From the NCBI GenBank assembly GCA_020184695.1, contig JAANOX010000202.1, positions 1-64,000 of the forward strand: a DNA stretch of 64,000 bases. The letters run 5' to 3'. The notes under the pieces are model-generated. The model was not told where the DNA came from. It worked only from the letters and a program-made list of their open reading frames with translations, and did not search any database. Position numbers and translations under genes: made by a program. Source of the DNA: Histomonas meleagridis 2922-C6/04-290x. Lineage: Eukaryota > Protista > Parabasalia. This document shows positions 43,351-52,624 of the stretch, in pieces; within the stretch, counting starts at the first letter, position 1, and each line of letters starts with the position of its first letter.

Positions 43351-44619
43351 TTATTCTTTCATATTAAATTTAAAGTACTCGTAAGATACATCAGCATTTG
43401 GAGGTTCTGTGGAGTTCTCAACACCTTGGATAGGCTTAAACGAAATCAAAGAAGAATCATAATTTTCTTTGGCTGTTTGGAATTCGGATATCACAGCCAG
43501 CACATTAAAGTGGTCATTTCTTCTTGCAAGCATTTCCGGGCTTCTTCTTGCAGAATCGACAACTTTAATCTCAGCCTTATTTTGTAGAAGTAATTTACAA
43601 ATTTCTGCTTGTCCATTTTCAGCTGCTTTATGAAGTGGAGATTGTTTTTGATTATCTTGAGCATTTACATCAGCGCCATTTTCGATTAAAACTTTTGCAA
43701 CTTCTAATAAGCCACGAGAAGAAGCAGTATGAAGTGGCGTTTGAAATATATATAAAAATACACCTTCATCATTTATAACTTTAACTCTAGCACCTGCTTT
43801 TATTAATGTTTCGACAGATTCTTTATCACTTGCAAAGAAAAGTGGAGTTTGAATAAAATATAATAAACATGAAAAAATTTATATCAACATGAATTCCACA
43901 TTTTTCGACAGATGCTCTTGAGTTGATTAGAAAATGTACCATTTCTTTTTGCCCAGATATTAAAGCAACAATTAATGGGGTCTCAAGCATTCGTGTTTGA
44001 ATATTAATCGATGCGCCAGCATCAAGAAGTAATTTAGCACCTTCTTTAAACCCAAATTCACAGCAATAATGAAGTGGCGTTCGAATTTATACAAAAAAAC
44101 ATTAAAAAATAATTAAGAAATATCAAAAAAGAAAAGAAAACCCAAAATATTTTAATGAAATATCTTGCTTGTTAACATCAGCCTTAAATAAAATTAAAGT
44201 TCGAACAATATCAGCATTTGATTTCATTGCAGCAAAATGTAAGGGACTTCGAATTATTCTAAATCAACTGATTGTAAAAGAAAATTAACTCGAATAATTT
44301 TTAAAAAACTTTAAAAGATAAAAGCAAACGTCACAAATGTTTGGATTTGCTCCTTTTTGAAGTAAGTATTGAACAATTTGTAATTGCGAAAAAGCAGCTG
44401 CAATAATTAACAATGTTGGCTTCCTTGTACATGCGCCATTGAGTGCATAACTGCTGTTATCATATAAAAATACACATCACGAAGCTGGAAATTAAAAAAT
44501 AAAAATACAATTGTATCAATTCGAAAATTTGGTTCTAGCAAAGATTTTAATAAGTTTAAGTTGCCCTTTTCAATTGACTCAAATAATTGCTGGTCAAGAT
44601 CCTGTGGATTACCAGCCAT
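43351..44619 (-). CDS. Ankyrin-repeat protein split by two short GT-AG introns and four atypical inserts
   Basis: Manual translation gives intact repeats: TLLIIAAAFSQLQIVQYLLQKGANPNICD / SPLHFAAMKSNADIVRTLILFKADVNKQD / TPLHYCCEFGFKEGAKLLLDAGASIN / TPLIVALISGQKEMV / TPLFFASDKESVETLIKAGA / TPLHTASSRGLLEVAKVLIENGADVNAQD / SPLHKAAENGQAEICKLLLQNKA. Start ATG 44619, stop 43351. Confidence 0.85.
44451..44473 (-). other. Putative 20- or 23-nt spliceosomal micro-intron
   Basis: GTATTTTTATATGATAACAG(CAG). Removal at either AG restores the frame into YALNGACTRKPTLLIIAA. Confidence 0.55.
44485..44508 (-). other. Putative 24-nt spliceosomal micro-intron
   Basis: GTATTTTTATTTTTTAATTTCCAG. TAAT is followed by 6 nt ending CAG, the same spacing as the trichomonad ACTAACACACAG branch/3' motif. 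Confidence 0.6.
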
Positions 44620-44959
44620 TTTTGAAGTTTGGTAAAAACGATTATTATAAATAGAAAAAATTGAATAAATATTCGTTCACTATTAAAATTATATGGAGAA
44701 ATTTACCAATTAAAGTAATTATCAATTTAGCAAAATATTATAAATGATTTATTAACTTGGGATTTGTTTACAAAGATGTACGTACAACACCATGGTGTTG
44801 ATTTATACTTGATGGTTTCTCCTCTGTGAATTTTCCAAAAGGATTTTTTTTGAACAATGAGATATAAATTTCATGAACTTGCTGATTTATTGATTACAAA
44901 ATTTTTGTTTTCATCCAGATGTTCTTCCAATAATGAAAGAATTTCATAATTGCCTTTTT

Positions 44960-45600
44960 TATAAAAAACATCCCAAATTATCATTTAATTTTTTGATTTT
45001 ATTTTCATAATGATATTGATATTGATATCAATTTATTGAAATTAAATTGCTGCTTTATATGCATTTTGAAAAGATAAATGATTTTGTTCACATAAATGAA
45101 TAATTTCTTCATTTCCACTTGCAACTGCATATTTACTTGTGTTATCTACTTTTGCTCCATTCATAAGTAAATATTTAAAACATTTAACTGGAAAAAAAAT
45201 GCTGCATAATTAATAAGTGAAATGGGGCATTTGTTAATAAATAAACATCTTTCATAAAGTGATGGTATAATTATCATTAAAATTTGTTTGTGATGATATT
45301 TCTTATGGTTTTTCTATTTCATCATTTCGAATTATTTTTGATATTTCATTTGGATTAACTCATTCTTTAATTTATTCTTTATGAAGCTCCCAATCATTCT
45401 TTGAAAGTTTTTCATAATTATCTAAAAACACAATCTCAAATTCATTAAAATGATATGTTTTGCTTTCTATTTCTGTTTTATAGTGTACAAAAATATTTTT
45501 ATTTGATACTTTTTGTGATCTCTTTATCATTTAAATTTATGTAAAATTATTCTTGTGAATTCATTTTTTGGGGAACCAATTAAAAAATGGAAGAACAAAA
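44960..45600 (-). pseudogene. DUF3447-type ankyrin-family pseudogene
   Basis: LSKNDWELHKE*IKE*VNPNEISKIIRND, PSLYERC, SLINYAAFF, VKCFKYLLMNGA, YAVASGNEEIIHLCEQ. Contains in-frame TAA/TGA stops and frameshifts. Confidence 0.75.
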
Positions 45601-46014
45601 CTTGATAATGAGGATGTATCAAGTGATTCCGATATGCTAAAAACAATGAATTTTATATCAATCTAAGTATATAATATAGAATTTGTTTTGATAACATAAC
45701 AATAGTAGAAAATCAAACCCACTACACAAAATCCTCTAAATTTAAGGATGGAGAGTACTTTATTTGCAATTCAGTAGAAAGAGCCCGAGACACTCTGCTG
45801 CAACTACCTTATTTTTCCTTAAATGACAACCATTTACTTATCCTTAATTAAAATATGATAGAAACTATAAAAGCGAACAATATTTTTTTATAATAATTTT
45901 CGTTATGCATTTTGAGACTTTCAAAAATTGAAAAGAAAAATTTATGTATTCATCTCAAACTTAATTTAAGAAGTTTTATTTATTTATATTTCAAAATAAG
46001 CTATAATTTGGAAT

Positions 46015-47301
46015 TTAGGGGAACTCAAACGGACCTCTGTTAAAGCAGCTAACCGCAAATTGGAGCACCCCGCTTGGGTGATAGGAAATGAACCTGATGT
46101 TTTTAGACAAGCAGTATTCCTTCAGCTGACTTTGGTACCCATTTACAATGTTTAAGTCATCTGTCTTATATCTTTTCCCACTTCTTTTGTCCTTTGGGAA
46201 AACCTTATATAAGGTTATAATTGCATCTGTATTTAATCCCGTTCCAACTTCTGGAATATCTCTCTTTCTTCTATACACATCAACAAACCTTTCATTGATG
46301 ACGACATCTTTCCTGAAGTCGAATCCAGAAATGTCAATAGTATTTTGAAAATCAATTGCTCCAAATTCTTGTCTTTCGATTCTAAAATGGGCAACCTTTT
46401 TCGTATCTCCAATTTCTTTGAGTGAAGGCACTGTCGTTAGATATTTATTTTCTAGTTCTTGAGGTGCATCTAATCTGAATTGATCCAAACAAGATGGAGC
46501 TGGTTCTGCAAGGCTGTACATCTTTGATGGGACAACAAGAGGAACCACAGACTGCTTGATGTGAGTTGATGTTCTTGGTTGAAATAATTTTGAATAATTC
46601 TTATGTCGAACAATTTGTTGCTCAGAGGTACCAGAGTATCCATGCTGCCTGCTTTCTATTGTTATTTTTGGAATTGGTTGGAAATAAGGAGCTGCTGATT
46701 CAACCTTATATGCAATTTCAGTTGGATACGTTGCTTTCTGCCAATTGATTTTAAGGCCTTCGCCATGATCTTGAACTGCACCAAACCCAAAGGTCTTATT
46801 ATTATTATTAGTATTATCTGTGCCGGTAGTTTTTGAAAATAGTGACAACGGCTGAGCTGCAGGTGCGGCTTCTTTTGGTTTTTCAGGTTGCGGTGGAAGT
46901 TTTTCAATTTTGTTTTTCTTAACATAGTCATAAACTCTGAGTTCCAATGGGGTGTAATTTTTGAATTTAGGATCTGCCATAATTGTTGTACACTTATATG
47001 TTCCTCCTGGAAGTGCTTGTGGAGTGTACTTTATACCATCTGTTGATATATTTTGATCTGTTGTTGTAGAAGCAGAAGTTGTGCTTGGAGTTGATGTAAT
47101 TGAGGCAGGTGTGGTTGTAGAAGGCGTAGTCGTAGAAGATGCAGCTGAAGAAGATGCAGCATTATTTCCAATTCCGGAGAAAAGACCTTGACCGGTCAAA
47201 GAAGAGCCTGAAAATAAAGAACCTGTTGTTGGTATTAATGAACCTTTACTTGAACTTGATGCACTTTGTAGTCCATTAAAAAGAGGAGATTGAAAACTCA
47301 T
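46015..47301 (-). CDS. NUP98: Nup98/Nup116-like nucleoporin (GLF repeats, GLEBS, autoprotease-like domain)
   Basis: GSLFSG/GLFSG, GLEBS-like CTTIMADPKFKNYTPLELRVYDY, and C-terminal TTVPSLKEI..F.I.R..FG.I.F...VGTGLNTDAIITLYKVFP. Confidence 0.8.
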   Translation of the reverse strand: MSFQSPLFNGLQSASSSSKGSLIPTTGSLFSGSSLTGQGLFSGIGNNAASSSAASSTTTPSTTTPASITSTPSTTSASTTTDQNISTDGIKYTPQALPGGTYKCTTIMADPKFKNYTPLELRVYDYVKKNKIEKLPPQPEKPKEAAPAAQPLSLFSKTTGTDNTNNNNKTFGFGAVQDHGEGLKINWQKATYPTEIAYKVESAAPYFQPIPKITIESRQHGYSGTSEQQIVRHKNYSKLFQPRTSTHIKQSVVPLVVPSKMYSLAEPAPSCLDQFRLDAPQELENKYLTTVPSLKEIGDTKKVAHFRIERQEFGAIDFQNTIDISGFDFRKDVVINERFVDVYRRKRDIPEVGTGLNTDAIITLYKVFPKDKRSGKRYKTDDLNIVNGYQSQLKEYCLSKNIRFISYHPSGVLQFAVSCFNRGPFEFP

Positions 47302-47497
47302 TTACAGCAGATCCTTTGTTCGACTAGTTAAACGGACCCCAAAAGTGACACAAACCTTTGTTTCGATAAATGCCAAATAACAAACAATATATTATCATCT
47401 TTTCCAAATCAATTTATTCCCAAAAACTAATACGACGTTTGAGCTTTATTAATACAATTAACTAAATCTAAATAGTCCATGATAATTAATAGTTTAT

Positions 47498-48412
47498 TCA
47501 TTGATGAACAAAGAGATTCATAAGCTCTACTCTATTCTCTGATAACGAAGGAGGTGAATTCTTTGGCTTCGTTGGTGACATAAGCAAATTCCTTGATGGC
47601 TTATCACCTATCCATGGACTAAAAGGCGATTGCTTGGAACAAGGAGAGAACAACGAGAAAGGAGAACCCGCAGTAAACATAGGAGATATGGATCCCATTG
47701 GAGTTCCTTGAAATGGAGTCATTGAAAATGGAGTTGCGTTTCCGTTCATCCAACTTGGCTTATATTCTGTGTTAGAATCTTCAAATGGTTTGGGGATATA
47801 ATCTTTTTCTGTCTCATTTTCTTTTTCATTTGAATCAACAGCTGTTGGAGTAGCAACGGGTTCTTCCTGTAACTCTGACGGTGACTTCTTAGATAGAACA
47901 GAATACCATCTGTTCTTTATCATGTTATCAGTTCTTGATGGCATAAATTGAGATATCTTAGACCAATGATTCCCAAATTGTTCATGAAGCTTATAAAGAA
48001 TTCTATCTTCTTCAAGTGTCCATGCACTTCTACTTATGTTTGGGTTCAAATGATTCATCCATCTTTCTCGGCATTGCTTACCAATTCTTCCTGGAAGTAA
48101 TGAAGCAAGCTTAGTCCATGACTTACATCCATTTTCTGTGACAAATTTAATGATTACTTCATCTTCTTGTCGAGTCCAAGAACCTTTCATAAGTGTTGGA
48201 TCAAGGACTTTAGTCCATCTTTCAAAAATTTGCTGTGATGTTTTACCTGGGAAATGTGCTTCAGCTAACTTCCAGTTTACATTTTTTTGTGATGTAACAA
48301 TTTGGTGAAGAAGAGCATCTTCTTCAGGTTTCCATTTTTGATATTTGTTTTGAGCGCTGTTTCGCGTACGTTTTCGTGTTGGTGCTATTGGTTTCTCTGG
48401 GGAACAGTCCAT
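47498..48412 (-). CDS. R1R2R3-type Myb transcription factor
   Basis: Three repeats: KWKPEED, GSWTRQED..WTKLA..GRIGKQCRERW.NHLNP, AWTLEED..GNHWSKI..RTDNMIKNRW. Confidence 0.93.
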   Translation of the reverse strand: MDCSPEKPIAPTRKRTRNSAQNKYQKWKPEEDALLHQIVTSQKNVNWKLAEAHFPGKTSQQIFERWTKVLDPTLMKGSWTRQEDEVIIKFVTENGCKSWTKLASLLPGRIGKQCRERWMNHLNPNISRSAWTLEEDRILYKLHEQFGNHWSKISQFMPSRTDNMIKNRWYSVLSKKSPSELQEEPVATPTAVDSNEKENETEKDYIPKPFEDSNTEYKPSWMNGNATPFSMTPFQGTPMGSISPMFTAGSPFSLFSPCSKQSPFSPWIGDKPSRNLLMSPTKPKNSPPSLSENRVELMNLFVHQ

Positions 48413-49292
48413 TTTTTATTGTACGTTTAAAATTATTTTGACCTGAAAAAGTTTAATGATTCAGAAAGAAAAAGTGGAAAATTTTGGCATCAAAATCACC
48501 AAGAAATATAAATCATCGTGCTTAAACAATAAAATTCTACATTTTTGGGTCCTTTATATTGTATAAATGTCGATCATTTCGAAAAATATAATTACAATAA
48601 AAAATGCTTCAAATCAAAAAATAAAGAAAATTATATTTTTAAGCTCATTTGATAATTCCCATTCGTACTCATTTGTCTTTAGAAATATACAGTGGTGTTT
48701 TTATAATAAAATTCGAAGAAAGACTCAGATTGTATTTTAATTTTGATATTTGATTTTTGTGAATTTCATTTTTTTGTTTGTAATAAATAATACACGTAAC
48801 ATTTATTGATGATAAGGGCTGCATTTTTTCGAGAATTTTCGAAATATTTCCAACAAAAAAAACTCGAGAAAATTATGCATAATAGATGAAGGATTGTGAA
48901 CAATTACAGTCGATGATAATTTACAATCAATATTCACAAACATTAACTAAGTTTCATTTTTTAAATACTATCAATTTTAATGTCTCTGAAAAATAAATCT
49001 ATAACAACAGATGTTAATTTAACAAACAGTAGGATTAAGTCCAATAAGGTTGAAATCGAAAGATATTAATCATTGATAGAGACAATCATCTTTGAAGCGA
49101 CAGATTGAGATGCTATCAAAACTCGGTGCGGTTATCACATTTACAAAGTCAAATTTTCAATGTGATGGCATTTTTGATTCAAAAAGTGATCACTTCACTC
49201 ATTCAAATATTGAAATTGTTCAGAATTTTTTGATTGATTTACAGCACCGAAAATTTGACCTAAAAAAAACATATTGGAAACAAATAATTTAT

Positions 49293-49859
49293 CTACCAAA
49301 AATAATCGAAATAAGGTGCAAAATCACAGCCTAAAGCAGATGAACCCGAAAAGTCTTCAAAACTTTTTTCTTCTTCTACATGTTGCATGAAATAATTTGA
49401 GAAATCATCATAATCTTGTTGTTGATTTTGCTTATCAACCACAGGCGTAATGTTTTGTGGTACTTGTTTCACAGTTTTCCGTTTTCGTTCTTTTTTATTT
49501 TCCATCATTTTTTTCATTTTTTTAGCTTCTCTTCGACGATGAACGTGCCATCTGCTTTTAACATTTATGTCAGTTCTTTTTGGGAAAAATTTTGCAATAA
49601 GTTTCCATTTTGGTCCGAATTGTCGATATTTTTCGTCAAGCAAATTATCTTCTTCCTCAGTCCAAGGGGCATTTGATACTTCTGGTGAAAGGTAATATCT
49701 CCACCTTTCACGGCATTGACGGGTATTCCTTCCTGGCATTAATTCTGAGATAAGATACCAATTATTTTCACCATGGTTTGCTACAAGTTCTTTGAGTTTC
49801 TCGTCTTCCTCTGGAGTAAACTTTGTCTTTGGATGTGGTTTGCGCGTCTGATATGTCAT
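49293..49859 (-). CDS. R2R3-type Myb transcription factor
   Basis: KFTPEED..W..I..MPGRNTRQCRERW, PWTEEED..GPKW..RTDINVKSRW. Confidence 0.93.
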   Translation of the reverse strand: MTYQTRKPHPKTKFTPEEDEKLKELVANHGENNWYLISELMPGRNTRQCRERWRYYLSPEVSNAPWTEEEDNLLDEKYRQFGPKWKLIAKFFPKRTDINVKSRWHVHRRREAKKMKKMMENKKERKRKTVKQVPQNITPVVDKQNQQQDYDDFSNYFMQHVEEEKSFEDFSGSSALGCDFAPYFDYFW

Positions 49860-50619
49860 GAGATTAGTGAGGTGTTATGAGGTTTTAGAAGCTAAGTTTT
49901 CAATTCATTGATTTTTCAATGCATAAAAGTAGATATGACACTTCGAGATTTAAATGGCCTCTTTCTTTGGGTAGTTAAATTCAAATTTTGTGTTGTTGTT
50001 GCGGTTTTCACGTGTTTACAATGAGCCAAACATAGAAAAACAGTTATGACGGTTATGATGTTAAGTACGAGGTCCCAGTGGTATTGTGATGAATATCATC
50101 AATAGAAATGTTATACATTTGTTTATATTCTATATGACTAATTTTATGTCGATATTACGATTTTGAATTAAGTATCAATCGCTTTATCATCACATAGTTT
50201 AAAGAAGAGCATCTCGTTTGCATTTTTTCGTTCATTAATGAATATTATATATATATCTCAAAAAATGTTTATCAAATAAACTTACACGTTAAATTCTGAA
50301 TAAATTAAGGATTTTTAGATTCTACTTCTAAAAATTGGTATGATGTAATGATCCAAATACAACCAAAAAAACATATAAATCGAATGAGCAAAATAAATTT
50401 GATGTGGTTGATGGATTTTTAAGTAATCATATGCACTGACATCTATTATCAATCAACCTTTATTTTACAACTCAACTACGGAAATGAGCAATTTATCATG
50501 TTTAAAATTAAAAAATGAATAAAAATCAAAAAGATGATATTCAACTTATTTACTCAATTAATTTTTTCATGATGCGAATATTTGATTGAATTATAAGTTT
50601 ATTTAATGAAAGGTATACA

Positions 50620-51180
50620 TATAATTTTTGGCAATGTCAGAATGACCATTTATTAATGCATGGTGAACATCAGTCATAAATCATTTAAATAAATACTGAA
50701 AATTAATTTGATGCCTTGAATTATTAAAATAAATATTAAATATAATTAAAAAACATCTTTAGCTTCAATAGCTTTTCACTCAAGAAGAGATTGACCCGCT
50801 GTGTATCCATTCATAGCAGCAATCATAAGAACTGTTAAATAATTTTATTAAATTCCCAAAAATAAATTAAAATTTGAGATATTATTTTGAACATCAATAA
50901 TATCATTTAAATATTTTTGGTATTGATTTTATAATTTCCAAGAAAATATCAAAACACCAAAAAAGAAATTTTTATAAAAAAATACCTTTAGCATTTGTAC
51001 CAATACTTTTCGTTTAGAAGTGATTTGACTTTATCTAAATCACGTTTTTTAACAGCTTTAATTAAAGCCGACTCAAATGTAAATTCGAAACATCAAGCAA
51101 TTGAAACAATTACTTCAGTGTCATCAATATCATAAATATCATCAGTGAACAAAAAACTGGATGAAGCAGGCTTTTCAAAT
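50620..51180 (-). pseudogene. Decayed ankyrin-repeat gene with AT-rich inserts at the repeat hairpin
   Basis: FESALIKAVKKRDLDKVKSLL, (frameshift) GTNAK, insert, LTVLMIAAMNGYTAGQSLLE*KAIEAKD, insert, MTDVHHALINGHSDIAK. Confidence 0.65.
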
Positions 51181-51504
51181 AATTGGGTTAATTTTTTTCA
51201 AATTTTGAAAATTATCGGAGATTGACCTCAATATCCCCAAACTATAAGTTCTCAAGAAATTGTTCAGACCACCTTTTTTACTTGATGTTCTAAAGAACAA
51301 AACTCTATACAAACAGTGAACACTTTGGTACTAAGAAAATTAAAATGAATAATTATATTAAATAATGATAATGTCGGATTTTCAGACCGATGTTTAATGA
51401 AAAATACTTTTCAATAATCTATTTAAAATTATGTATTTAACAAATTGCTGTTATTCAATTGTTTATATAAAAGTTAACATTCTGCTTTCTTGAAATCGGT
51501 TATT

Positions 51505-51524
51505 TACGGTTTGGTCGTCCCTTT
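51505..51524 (+). promoter_or_regulatory. M3 + M5-like core promoter of RPL44
   Basis: TACGGTTT at 51505-51512 and CCTTT at 51520-51524, before ATG 51531. Same pair as at RPL10. Confidence 0.6.
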
Positions 51525-51530
51525 CCGCAA

Positions 51531-51845
51531 ATGGTGCATTATCCAAAGACAAAGAAATTCTTCTGCAAGTTCTGCAAGAAGCATACCACTGTTAAGGTTA
51601 CCCAAGCTAGCCGTGGTGAAGAACGTAAGGTTGCCTTAGGTCGTCGTAGGTATGATCGTAAGCAAGAAGGTTTCGTGGGTCGTGTTAAGCCATTCCTCCG
51701 TCGTAGCAAGAAGACATCAAAGAAGATCAGCCTCCGTTTCACATGCCAACAATGCAAGAAATCATCCATGTATTGCCTCGGTCGTCTCAGGAAATTCGAA
51801 TGGATGGTCGACAAGAAGAAGAAGCACGCTGAACCAACATGGTAA
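51531..51845 (+). CDS. RPL44: 60S ribosomal protein L44/L36a (eL42)
   Basis: MVHYPKT..FC..C.KHT..KVTQ, GRRRYDRKQ.G, K.SKKI.LRF.C..CK. Confidence 0.93.
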   Translation: MVHYPKTKKFFCKFCKKHTTVKVTQASRGEERKVALGRRRYDRKQEGFVGRVKPFLRRSKKTSKKISLRFTCQQCKKSSMYCLGRLRKFEWMVDKKKKHAEPTW

Positions 51846-51878
51846 TTTCGTTTTGATAAAAGGCATTTTTGGTTTATT

Positions 51879-52541
51879 TTATTGTGCTTTTACATACAAA
51901 GAAAGAGCATTCAATGATAACGGGGATAGCTTATCGGCATCAATTGTCATCGATTCCCCTTCGATCTTCAACGAAGGTTGTGTTTCTTTGAGAATGCAAA
52001 GAACATCAAAATGTATATTATCATCCCCAATTTGTGAATTCAATTTTTCTACCAATTCCGCAATTGTCTGACTGGATGGTGGTGGCATTGTATCCGCTTT
52101 CTTCACAATAGATAAAACAAGTGGATCTACGCCTTGAGGAACGGGACCATTTGAAATATTTTCTGATAACTTGCGCATTGTTTTTCCAACTAAATCATAC
52201 CACTCTTGAGGTGTTTCACATTCCATACCGATTGCTTCTGATTGGAATTGCTTAAGACCATATTTGGCTATGGCGTACCAAATTGTTGATGGATCATGGT
52301 ATTTAAGAGCATTTTCATAAACAAGTAATACATCTTGATACCATTCCCTTGCAGATCCGTACTCGTTTGCTTTAATTTTATTTAAAATTGTGCTTAAATC
52401 CATTTTTTTTTCAATGATATCATCATAACCAGTCAGCCCTTCTTTCACAGGATTAACAGGATGCATAAAATATGAATTTATTGGCTTTTCCATTAGTTTT
52501 TCTGTGATTTCCCTGCATCTTCTCATAACACTCGTTGACAT
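51879..52541 (-). CDS. Bromodomain protein
   Basis: F..PVNP...L.GY.DII.K.MDLSTI..K....Y....W..DV.LVYENA..Y. Confidence 0.88.
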   Translation of the reverse strand: MSTSVMRRCREITEKLMEKPINSYFMHPVNPVKEGLTGYDDIIEKKMDLSTILNKIKANEYGSAREWYQDVLLVYENALKYHDPSTIWYAIAKYGLKQFQSEAIGMECETPQEWYDLVGKTMRKLSENISNGPVPQGVDPLVLSIVKKADTMPPPSSQTIAELVEKLNSQIGDDNIHFDVLCILKETQPSLKIEGESMTIDADKLSPLSLNALSLYVKAQ

Positions 52542-52624
52542 CGGATTAAACGGCCGTTAAATTATCAGCGAACGTTTACTTATCTAACAAACATAGTCAA
52601 TTAATTTGGTCACATTTTTAGTAA

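Noticed and set aside
44247-44329. Canonical GT-AG reading of the 78-nt insert (62, 71 or 83 nt, or two 21/22-nt introns)
   Set aside because: Each option leaves the downstream SPLH out of frame; it would work only if the assembly has an indel here.
48600-49334. Fragmentary plus-strand coding-like stretch (MLSKLGAVITF...)
   Set aside because: Starts at TTG, overlaps the Myb 3' end, and no family is recognisable; at most an old pseudogene.
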